Shown here in pieces: positions 9,701 to 19,000 of a DNA stretch of 58,038 nt. The position numbers and the translations under genes are program-made. Source of the stretch: a virus. Lineage: Duplodnaviria > Caudoviricetes. The notes below the pieces were generated by a model, which saw only the letters and a program-made list of their open reading frames with translations, made no database searches and was not told the origin of the DNA. Each line of letters starts with the position of its first letter. The stretch's first letter is position 1. The stretch is from IMG/VR virus record IMGVR_UViG_3300042890_002798, positions 1 to 58,038 of that record; one strand, 5' to 3'.

Positions 9701-10366
9701 ATGGCATTGACCTACACAACCTATGTTGCCCAGATAGCCAATATTATGGCTGCGCAATCGTCTACGACGCAGTTCCAGACGATGTTGCCTGGTTGTATAG
9801 ATTACGCAGAACAAAGATTGTACCGTGAGCTAAATCTTATATTTACGCGTGCTACGGTTACTGGCACGCTCTCTCCAAATACAAGATCGTTTACCCTTCC
9901 GAATGCCACTGGCTCCATTCCGTTCATAACGGTGAGCAATGTGAATGCGCTCATTTCCGGAAGCCGCAGGCCGCTTGCGCATATGCCTTCAAATGTGGTT
10001 GATTACCTTGCTCCAAGCGATACCGCTTCGGCGGGTAATTTTCCGACGATGTATTATATGAAGGATCAGTCAAATCTAATTGTTGGCCCTTCGTCCACCA
10101 CATCTACAACTCTTGAAATACTTGGCACATACAGGCCGGCGCCTCTGTCTGTCAGCAATACAACGACACAGCTAACAAATTTCTTCCCGGATTTGTTCAT
10201 TGCCGCTAGCATGATATTTGCCTCCGGTTACATGAGAGACTTTGGCGCTCAATCTGATAATCCGCAGCAGGCTCAGTCATGGGAAGCTCAATATGAGCTA
10301 TTAATTAAATCTGCGCAGACTGAAGAAGCCCGCAAGCGGTTTAATGAAGAGGCGTATAAACAATGA
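9701..10366 (+). CDS. Adaptor/neck ring protein, paralog 1
   Basis: IDYAEQRLYREL...RPAPLS..N.TT.LTN..PDLF..ASM. Confidence 0.7.
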   Translation: MALTYTTYVAQIANIMAAQSSTTQFQTMLPGCIDYAEQRLYRELNLIFTRATVTGTLSPNTRSFTLPNATGSIPFITVSNVNALISGSRRPLAHMPSNVVDYLAPSDTASAGNFPTMYYMKDQSNLIVGPSSTTSTTLEILGTYRPAPLSVSNTTTQLTNFFPDLFIAASMIFASGYMRDFGAQSDNPQQAQSWEAQYELLIKSAQTEEARKRFNEEAYKQ

Positions 10367-11040
10367 ATTATCTGGAATACGCTTTGGTAATTGCAAATCA
10401 AATTCCTGTGGACAAATCGTCTACGGCATTTCAGGCATTTCTTCCATCAATTATAGATTATGCAGAACAACGTATTTACAGAGAGTTAAATCTTTTATCA
10501 ACTCGCATTCGTAATTCTTCGTCAAATTGCACTGCAAATAATCGTTCATTTACTCTTCCTACAAATCTTGGGACATTTATAACGGTTACAGAAATAAGCA
10601 TAATTACTCCAGTTGGAAGCACAGCCGCAAATGGAACGAGAAACGTTCTTATGTCTGCGGCAAAAAAGCTTGTTGATGTTGTTGCTCCCACAAATACAGC
10701 GGTATCTGCATCTCAGGTGCCGTCCATGTATTATATGCTTGATCAGCAAACTGCTATATTCGGACCATCTCCGGGAGCTGCCTTTAATGTTGAAGTTACG
10801 GGAACAATTCGTCCGGCTCCATTGTCGGCTACAAATACGACGACATTTTTGACAACAAATTTACCGGATTTGTTTGTCGCCGCCAGTATGGTATACGCCG
10901 GAAACAACATGAGGGATTTTGGCATTGAGGCCGGCAACGCTGCAATTGCCCAATCCTGGGAGCAGCAATATCAGGCATTGTTCGCCTCCGCCAATGCGGA
11001 AGAGACTCGCAAGCGCTATAATCTGGAAGTTAGCCAATGA
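10363..11040 (+). CDS. Adaptor/neck ring protein, paralog 2
   Basis: IDYAEQRIYREL...RPAPLSATNTTTFLTTNLPDLFVAASM. Confidence 0.7.
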   Translation: MNYLEYALVIANQIPVDKSSTAFQAFLPSIIDYAEQRIYRELNLLSTRIRNSSSNCTANNRSFTLPTNLGTFITVTEISIITPVGSTAANGTRNVLMSAAKKLVDVVAPTNTAVSASQVPSMYYMLDQQTAIFGPSPGAAFNVEVTGTIRPAPLSATNTTTFLTTNLPDLFVAASMVYAGNNMRDFGIEAGNAAIAQSWEQQYQALFASANAEETRKRYNLEVSQ

Positions 11041-11735
11041 GCATGAATTATACCTCATACACGCTTAGGCTTGCTTCGTTTATAACGACCAATCCGGACA
11101 ATGTTGACTATACTGTTTTGATACCGTCAACTATAGATTATGCAGAACAACGCGTTTACCGCGAACTGGATTTATTATCCACAGTTGTAACAAATGACAC
11201 AGCTTCAACGACTGCCGGAAACAGGAATTTCACCCTTCCGACGGGTCTTGGAAAATTTGTTACTGTCCAGACCATTAATATAATTACACCTGCTTCTACT
11301 GCGCCAAATAGCGGAACGCGCCGCCAGCTTACGCCTGTAGATCGACGCTATCTGGATGCTGTGTGGAATAGCTCAACGGGAGCTACTGTTCCGAAGCACT
11401 TTGCCATGAATGATCAGGATACGATTATTTTTGGACCTTGGCCCGATGCTACATATCGTGTTGAGGTTGTAGGAACAATTAGGCCCACGCCTTTGTCTTA
11501 TAGTAATCCTACGACATTCCTTACGAATTATCTTCCTGATCTGTTCTTGTCGGCAAGCATGGCGTTTTTTGCTAAAAATTTACAAGATAAGGGCGTAGGA
11601 ACGGCAAATAATGCCGAGTTTTGGGATAATAATTATAAAGAACTATATGCTTCTGCCAATGCTGAAGAGCTTAGGAAAAAATTTGCCGGACCGTCATGGA
11701 CATCTATGTCTTCTGTTAAGCCTCCGGAGAGATGA
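11037..11735 (+). CDS. Adaptor/neck ring protein, paralog 3
   Basis: IDYAEQRVYREL...RPTPLSYSNPTTFLTNYLPDLFLSASM. Confidence 0.7.
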   Translation: MSMNYTSYTLRLASFITTNPDNVDYTVLIPSTIDYAEQRVYRELDLLSTVVTNDTASTTAGNRNFTLPTGLGKFVTVQTINIITPASTAPNSGTRRQLTPVDRRYLDAVWNSSTGATVPKHFAMNDQDTIIFGPWPDATYRVEVVGTIRPTPLSYSNPTTFLTNYLPDLFLSASMAFFAKNLQDKGVGTANNAEFWDNNYKELYASANAEELRKKFAGPSWTSMSSVKPPER

Positions 11736-11736
11736 A

Positions 11737-12228
11737 ATGTTAAATCCGGAAAATATTAAAGAAATATTTAATTATAATCCAGAAACAGGCGATCTTACTT
11801 GGCGTCAACGTATTGGTGGAAGAACTCTCGGCAAAATCGGAACATTAGACAAAGATGGCTATTTAATATTTTTAATGAATTACCGAAAAAATAGGTATTG
11901 TGTTCATAGGGTTATTTGGGCTTATGTTCATGGAAAATGGCCTAAAGATCAGATTGATCATATTAATGGGATTAAAAACGACAATAGATTATGCAATTTG
12001 AGACAGGCTAATACGGCAGAAAATATGAGAAATGTTGGAAGGCAGTCTCATAATACTAGCGGAATCAAGGGCGTTTCATGGCATAAACTTCGCGGGAAAT
12101 GGCGTGCAGATATCAAGGTGAATCAGAAACAAATCTGGCTTGGTAATTTTGATTGTTCTGCGGCTGCATCATTTGCGTATCAGATAGCTGCTGATAAATA
12201 CCACGGAAAATTTGCGAGGTCTTTCTAA
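11737..12228 (+). mobile_element. HNH-AP2 homing endonuclease
   Basis: YNPETG..HR..W....G.WP..QIDHINGIKNDNRLCNLR..N.SG.KGVSW; likely ATG 11737. Confidence 0.9.
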
Positions 12229-14501
12229 TGCCATTTGAGACACTTCGCATTGTGCCTTCTGTCGATCTGGAAAAAACCCTTGCGGACAATGCTGCCGGCA
12301 TTTCCTTTTCCAATTTCATCCGCTGGCGCGATAAATTGCCTGAAAAGCGTGGCGGCTCTGTATATTTCAATAATAGTTCAGCGACATATGGCGTTGTCCG
12401 GGCGCTTCATGCCTGGCAGGGTTTGAGCAATTTTAAATTTCTTGCAATTGGATCAACAACGTCTTTAACAATCTATTATTTTAACACAACAACAAATACA
12501 TGGATTACAATTCCTATTACGCCCAAGTCATTAACGGTAGATGTATCTCCTACTATTGTAAGTCAAAATGCAACAACGCTTTCAGATACAAGGGTATTTG
12601 TTAATGATGTTGGACGAAACGTCACACTATATTGCACTGTAATATTTCAAACACAGGCTTCTGTTCCACCTTCTGGATCATTTGGTTCAAATGGCGCGAA
12701 TTTTGGATGCTTTTTGCCCTCAAAAGGATATCAGATAAATAATCTGGTTACTGCAAATATATATGAAATAACGGGAACAAACGGACATGTTGGCGCTCCT
12801 TCTACGGGATTGGTTCCTCAATTTGTCACTGCAATTAACGATGGAATAGTAAGAGTTAATTTGCAGGGCCATACCTATGCTGTTGGCGATGCGGTAGATT
12901 TTAATGTTTCCACAACGGTTGGCGGAATACCGATTTTTGGTAGATATATTGTTACAGAATCCGTTATTACTGCTACCTCAGGTTCGTATCCTAGTCCCAA
13001 TGTTGGTTATTTCAAATTTAGGGCTCAACAAAACGCTACTTCTACTCAAACCGCCTCAATGAATGGCGGAAACCTAAAACTTACCTATTGGGACACCAAT
13101 AACAGCATTTCCGGCTCAACTTCAGTTACAACAACGGATTGGTGGCTAGACAATTGGGGAGAGACGTTAATAGCCAATTATGTTGATGGTCCAATTTTTA
13201 CATGGAACGTTGCTTCTCCTAACTTTTTTGCCCAGATGATATCAAATGCGCCTGTTGTAAATTTCGGGTGCTTTGTTGCAATGCCTCAACAAATGATTAT
13301 GGCCTGGGGATCGACATACACATCATTTCAGGATCCTTTGCAAATTCGTTGGTGCGATGCCGGAAACTATGATGATTGGACGCCTACAACAATAAATCAG
13401 GCTGGTGGGTTTAGGATACCGACGGGTTCCAAGCTTGTGCGAGGCATTCAGGGACCAGCGCAGCAATATTGGTGGACGGATATTGATTTGTATGTTTCTC
13501 AATATGTTGGCCCGCCTTTTGTGTTTAATTTTAATAAAATCGGTTCTGGATGCGGGTTGATTTCGCCAAAAGCAGTTGGGCAACTTGGCCCTACGCTTTA
13601 CTGGATGAGCCAAAAACAGTTTTTTGCCGTTTCCTCAACCACTGGCGTTCAGCCGATACCTTGTTCTGTCTGGGATTATGTATTCCAGAACCTTAATGAG
13701 GCTCAGGTAGATAAAATACGATGTGCGCCTAATTCACAATTCAATGAGATCACATGGTTTTTTCCCGCTGTAATAGGAATGGTAACATCTGTTGCAAATA
13801 ATGGAACCGGAAATTTAAGAGTTACACTATCAAGTTCTGCGCGAACAATCGTTAATGGTGAAACTGTTACTTTATCAGGGATGAGCGTGCCTGCATACAA
13901 TGGCTCATTTGCAATAAGCAATGTGGTTGGCAATTCTTTTGACATTACTACTGTTGCATTTACAACTACAGCTACTGGCATATGCTCATCTACTGAAAAC
14001 GATTCATATGTGACCTATAATGTTCTTTACAATGAATGGGATGTTGGCAAGCTTGCTCGTTCCGCATGGGTCAACCAATCAATATTTGGCGCTCCGCTGG
14101 CTGCTGATACATCGGGAATTATTTATCAACATGATAATACTGGCGTTTATAATCTCGGAAATGATAATATTATAATAAACGCGTATTTTGAGACTGGTTA
14201 CTTTTCAATCACAAACGGCAATGATCTTGTCTTTGTTGATTGGATGCTTCCGGATATGAAGTGGGACACCTACGATGGCTCCCAATCGGATGCGACAATT
14301 AAAATCAGTTTTAACGTCACTGATTATGCCGGAGATACGCCAACGCTTTACGGGCCGTTCACCGTGACAAAGGCGACGCCATACATTGAGCCTCGATTTA
14401 GAGGAAGGTTCATGCAGATTATTGTTGAAAGCGAAGATTCGGATAGTTTCTGGCGACTAGGCTCAATCCGATATCGCTTTGCTCCAGCAGGTAGACGATA
14501 A
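12228..14501 (+). CDS. Tail nozzle / packaged-DNA stabilization protein
   Basis: WWLDNWGE, IRWCDA, WTPT..NQAG, YWMS, C-terminal PRFRGR; position after the adaptors. Confidence 0.75.
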   Translation: MPFETLRIVPSVDLEKTLADNAAGISFSNFIRWRDKLPEKRGGSVYFNNSSATYGVVRALHAWQGLSNFKFLAIGSTTSLTIYYFNTTTNTWITIPITPKSLTVDVSPTIVSQNATTLSDTRVFVNDVGRNVTLYCTVIFQTQASVPPSGSFGSNGANFGCFLPSKGYQINNLVTANIYEITGTNGHVGAPSTGLVPQFVTAINDGIVRVNLQGHTYAVGDAVDFNVSTTVGGIPIFGRYIVTESVITATSGSYPSPNVGYFKFRAQQNATSTQTASMNGGNLKLTYWDTNNSISGSTSVTTTDWWLDNWGETLIANYVDGPIFTWNVASPNFFAQMISNAPVVNFGCFVAMPQQMIMAWGSTYTSFQDPLQIRWCDAGNYDDWTPTTINQAGGFRIPTGSKLVRGIQGPAQQYWWTDIDLYVSQYVGPPFVFNFNKIGSGCGLISPKAVGQLGPTLYWMSQKQFFAVSSTTGVQPIPCSVWDYVFQNLNEAQVDKIRCAPNSQFNEITWFFPAVIGMVTSVANNGTGNLRVTLSSSARTIVNGETVTLSGMSVPAYNGSFAISNVVGNSFDITTVAFTTTATGICSSTENDSYVTYNVLYNEWDVGKLARSAWVNQSIFGAPLAADTSGIIYQHDNTGVYNLGNDNIIINAYFETGYFSITNGNDLVFVDWMLPDMKWDTYDGSQSDATIKISFNVTDYAGDTPTLYGPFTVTKATPYIEPRFRGRFMQIIVESEDSDSFWRLGSIRYRFAPAGRR

Positions 14502-14920
14502 TGTCACAAGACGCAATTAACGCATCCGCTCAAAATGCAGTTGTTGCCATAAATGCTCTTAATAAATTTATTGACACAATATCTGTTTCGCTTGTTGCGT
14601 CTACGGCCACCTTGGCTGACATTAATCTAAAACAATTTGGCACGACAAATAGCTCAGCTTTAGTCGGACCATCAACGCTTCCTCTTATACAAACAAATAT
14701 ATACGATGGTACTGGGACTTTGGTTCGGATATCGGTTATCAAAGACGGCACAAGTCAGGGTTATATTTACGACAGAGATGTAATTGTTGCGACAACCCAG
14801 TATCTCTGTGCCATACCCAACACCATAGGCATTTATGAAGTCCACTTACGATTTAGCACTGGACTGGTCATTGAGCCTGGGTTAGATCAAACTGTTCTTG
14901 TCTCTTACTCTCCAGACTGA
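14501..14920 (+). CDS. Putative virion protein
   Basis: Coupled ORF ending GLVIEPG..Q.V.VSYS. Confidence 0.55.
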   Translation: MSQDAINASAQNAVVAINALNKFIDTISVSLVASTATLADINLKQFGTTNSSALVGPSTLPLIQTNIYDGTGTLVRISVIKDGTSQGYIYDRDVIVATTQYLCAIPNTIGIYEVHLRFSTGLVIEPGLDQTVLVSYSPD

Positions 14921-14928
14921 GAATAATC

Positions 14929-15522
14929 ATGCCTCTCCAAAAGGGTAAAAGTCAAAAGGCGATTTCTGCTAACATTTCCGAACTGGTTCATTCGGGACGC
15001 CCGCAGAAGCAAGCAATTGCCATCGCCCTGGACACGGCCCGCAAAGCTATGGATCGTGGCGGCGGAGTGCCAAAACATGTCGCCAAGAGAGTCGTGCATG
15101 AAGGGCCGATTAATGTGGCAATACCTGGCCGCACAGACAGGCTCCCGGTGCATGTCTATTCCGGGTCTTATGTCATTCCGGCGGATATTGTGTCAGGTCT
15201 TGGAGAGGGCAATACGCTGGCCGGGAATGATGTTATTCGTCGCATGTTTTTCCATGATTCCAGCCCGCTCAAGAGAGCCAAGGGCGGTCGGTCCATGATG
15301 ACTGAAAAATATGGACTGCATGGCTATTACCACAATGACACGCGAAAGATCGTACCCTGTATTGTTGCCGGCGGAGAGTTCATCATTCCTCCGGAAGTCG
15401 TAGAGGAATTAGGCGAAGGCGATATGGATAAGGGCCACGCCCTTCTTGACTCGTTTGTTAAGTCTCAAAGACGTAAATTGCGTCAAAAGCTCGCTAAATT
15501 GCCTCCGCCCGCGCAGGACTAG
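14929..15522 (+). CDS. Modular protein: KQAIAIAL basic module, GG linkers and a duplicated GE/SxVIP..VV..LGEG domain
   Basis: Internal duplication at aa ~72-107 and ~142-177; two GG motifs. Confidence 0.7.
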   Translation: MPLQKGKSQKAISANISELVHSGRPQKQAIAIALDTARKAMDRGGGVPKHVAKRVVHEGPINVAIPGRTDRLPVHVYSGSYVIPADIVSGLGEGNTLAGNDVIRRMFFHDSSPLKRAKGGRSMMTEKYGLHGYYHNDTRKIVPCIVAGGEFIIPPEVVEELGEGDMDKGHALLDSFVKSQRRKLRQKLAKLPPPAQD

Positions 15523-15528
15523 TCTACG

Positions 15529-15993
15529 ATGAAATTTGATGATTGCCCGGATGTTCGGATTGCCCAGCAGTCTGATGAGGAAGAGCTTGTCCGGTTAGCC
15601 CAAATGGCTGCCGAAGAGGATAATCAAGGCACATTTGACATAGATAAAGTCAGGTCTGTTCTTAATCTTCATTTCCATAAAGCCGGTGGGATCATTGGCG
15701 TTATAGGAAATCCGGGCCATAAATTAAAAGCTTTTACACTGTTAGCAATTACCCAACCATGGTATAGTTCAGATGGTCAGGTTCAGGAGTTGTCATTGTT
15801 TGTTGACCCTGACCACAGAAAAACGGATTATGCCAAGCAGTTGATGGTATTCAGTAAAAAGACATCGGAAGCTCTTAATCTTCAGCTTTCTATTGGCGTT
15901 ATAGCTAATGAAAAGACTGAAGCAAAGGTTCGTTTGTATCAAAGGCAATTCCCACAGGCGGGAGCCTTTTTTCGTTATAATCCGCAGGCTTAG
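15529..15993 (+). CDS. GNAT-family acetyltransferase-like protein preceding the ejection genes
   Basis: VRIA..D, LFVDPDHRK...A..L, RLYQR motifs. Confidence 0.75.
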   Translation: MKFDDCPDVRIAQQSDEEELVRLAQMAAEEDNQGTFDIDKVRSVLNLHFHKAGGIIGVIGNPGHKLKAFTLLAITQPWYSSDGQVQELSLFVDPDHRKTDYAKQLMVFSKKTSEALNLQLSIGVIANEKTEAKVRLYQRQFPQAGAFFRYNPQA

Positions 15994-16004
15994 GGAATAG
16001 AATT

Positions 16005-19000
16005 ATGCCGCAGACGACGGGCCAGAATTGGGGCATTTACAACCAGACATACACGCCAGCGGCGCAGACAGATATTTTCAATGCCATGCGTCGGGCGCAG
16101 GATGTCTCGCAGCTTCCGTTTCAGCCGTATCTTGGCCAGACCGTCGCGGGTTTTGCGCCGTCCGAAATTGCCGCCATGCGCGGTATTTATGGCTTGCAGG
16201 GATATTATGAGCCTTATGGACAGCAGGCGACGACTTTACTTGGTCAGGCCCAGGCATATGCCAATCCAAATGACCCCAGATTGCAGCAAATCCTTGGCGC
16301 GCAAATACCTACGTTTTCTCAACAAGCTGTTCAGCAATATTATAGTCCATATCAGAAAAATGTCATCGACGCTACGATGGCCAATATTGCCCAGGAGAAT
16401 TTGCGCCAGCAAAATGATCTGACTGCTCGCGCTATCCAACAGGGCGGATTTGGAGGAGACAGAACTGGTATCGCAAGGGCTGAGTTAAATCGTCTTCAGA
16501 ACCTACAGAATGCCCAGACGCTCTCTCAATTGCAAAATCAGGGTTATGCCCAGGCATTAGGAGCATTTCAGCAACAACAGGATTTTGCAAGGCAGAAGCA
16601 GGCTCAGGATTTTGCTCAATATAGTGCGGCAAGAAACGCCGCTATTCAGGCTGCTCAGCAGGGCGCTTACTCATTAGGACAGCTTGGCCTTCAGGGCCAG
16701 CAAGCCGGTATGCAGGGCATTCAGGCGCTTATGGGCGTTGGCCAGATGGAGCGCGCGCTTGGTCAGGCGCAGCTTGAGGATCAGTTCAAGCGTTATATGA
16801 CTGCCATGGGCTATCCCTGGGAGACCGCACAGTGGCTTGCTTCTATCGTTGGCTCTCTTGGACCGCAGGCTGGTGGCACAACGTCCGGCGTCAGCTTCGG
16901 CGGATCCAGCCAGCAGACGCCAGGCCCCAGCCCGATTTCATCAATAGCTGGTCTGGCGACAAGCGGCCTTGGGGCTTTGCTCAAGCTGTTTCCCGGAGCC
17001 GGGTTTAAAGACGGTGGCCGCGTTGGCAAGGCTGATGGCGGTGGATTTGGTGAAATTCAGAGCCTTGGCCTTGAAAGCCCGTGGTCCGGATTTGACCCTC
17101 GCCGGTTGAACGAAGAGAAAATGCGGCAATGGGTTTCTCGCCTTGATGTTGATGAGGCGGTTAAGGACCAGTTGCGTGAACGCAGTTGGCTTAATCCGGA
17201 TGAGACCTATGAGCCTTATCAGGATGAAGAAGAAGACCGTTCATTTTTGATGAGCCATGGCGGTCGCGCGGGTTATAAGGCTGGGGGCCGTCCATATGAG
17301 GGAGGGTCTTCTTATATTGAGTCTGATACTGTTCCCTATATTGACAAGCTAGAGCTTGCGCCTCCCAAGGCTCCGACGATTCCAAATCCCAAAAAGCCCG
17401 AGGCTCCTGAAGTCGGGAAGCTGGAAGGCGATGATAGTTTTGGTGATCTTGGCAAGATGATCGGGTCGCTGGGAACAAATGTTTCGAAGTATTTCTCCAC
17501 GAGAAGCTCTAATCCTGCCGCAGCTATTACAGCTGACGAAGCTAATACAGAGTCTGAAACAGCCTCAGAAGAGCAATATGGCGGTCGCGTCGTAAAGGCC
17601 GATGGTGGTGGATTTGGAAATTGGCTCTCTTCGCTCCGTCAGGCTGGCAGCCCGACTGCTCCATATTTGCAAAATCAGGCCTCACAGCCACGACCGATGA
17701 TCTCCAATATTGGAGATTTGTATAAATTTGCTTTCGGCAGAGAAGCCGATCCTGAAGGAGCAAGGTTCTGGCAGCAACAGCAGCAAGCTGGCATGTCTCT
17801 TGGGGATATTGCAAAGAATATTCTTTCCTCTCAAGAGGCAGTTTCAAGATACGGGCAAGAAAACATCGGCGGATTGCAGGATGTTTTTAGTAAATTTACT
17901 TCTACGCCCGCTGCGCCAGGATCTGTTTCTCCGTTCCAGACGCTTTTGACGACTGGCGGCGCGCCGGTAGTAAATCCTGATGGAACGCCTGTTACGCTGG
18001 AGGATGTTCAGACTCCATCCGCCGTTCAGGGACCGCCCGGACAAGGTCCGTATTCAGAAGGCGACATTGCAGCGGCGGGACAAATTTCTCCACCTGATGC
18101 CGGATTGATGCTGATGGTGGGCAAGAATCCGATGCTTGCCGTTGTTATCAATCAGCAGCAGCAAGAGAAGCAGGCTGCGGCCAATCGCAAGGTCGCAGAA
18201 ATGCGCGCCTATAATGATCAGGTTTATAATGCGCCGAGGTCTCCTATCGGATACTTTATGAACCTGGATTACAGGACAATGAGCCCGAGCGGCTTGTTCG
18301 GCTTCAATCCTATTTCTCCTTATTATTCGCCTATTGTTCCCACGGCTATTAAAAGAAATGCTGGTGGCAAGGTCGAAGAACCGCGTCCGGGACTTGATCT
18401 TGGCGGTATTGCCAGACTTCCAGGGCAAACGTCTTCAATGATGACCGGCCCTGCCTCGCAGACATCATTCTCGACTAACCCTCCGGGTTACAATCCGAAT
18501 GCCTATGGGCCGTATCGTGAGAGCGGTGGCCGTGTTGGCATGAGGGATGGTGGAGATCCTTCAATCATTGACCGGATTGCGAGAGGCATTGCTGCAATAG
18601 AAAGCGGCGGCTCCAAAAACCCATATGCTGTCGTCGGCGCAAGAAGCCGTAAGGGTGATCGTCCGTATGGCAAATATCAAATTATGGGCGCAAATATCCC
18701 GTCATGGGGTCGTGAGGCCGGGTATCCTAATCTGACCGTCCGCGAGTTTCTGTCTAATCCTAAAATCCAGGAAGATGTTGCGAGAACCCAGTTCGCCAAA
18801 ATATTTGCCAAGAGCGGCAGTCCGAATGCCGTTGCTGGCGAATGGCTAGGCGGCCCAGGTTGGAGACGAAACAGAAGCGCCGATGTTTTGGGAACAACTG
18901 TTCCGGAATATATCCGTCGCTTTGCTCGCGCTTATGGATCTCCAACTGATGTTGTGGCTTCTTCGCGCCCTGCCTCCCAAACTCCTGTCAGAATCGCAAA

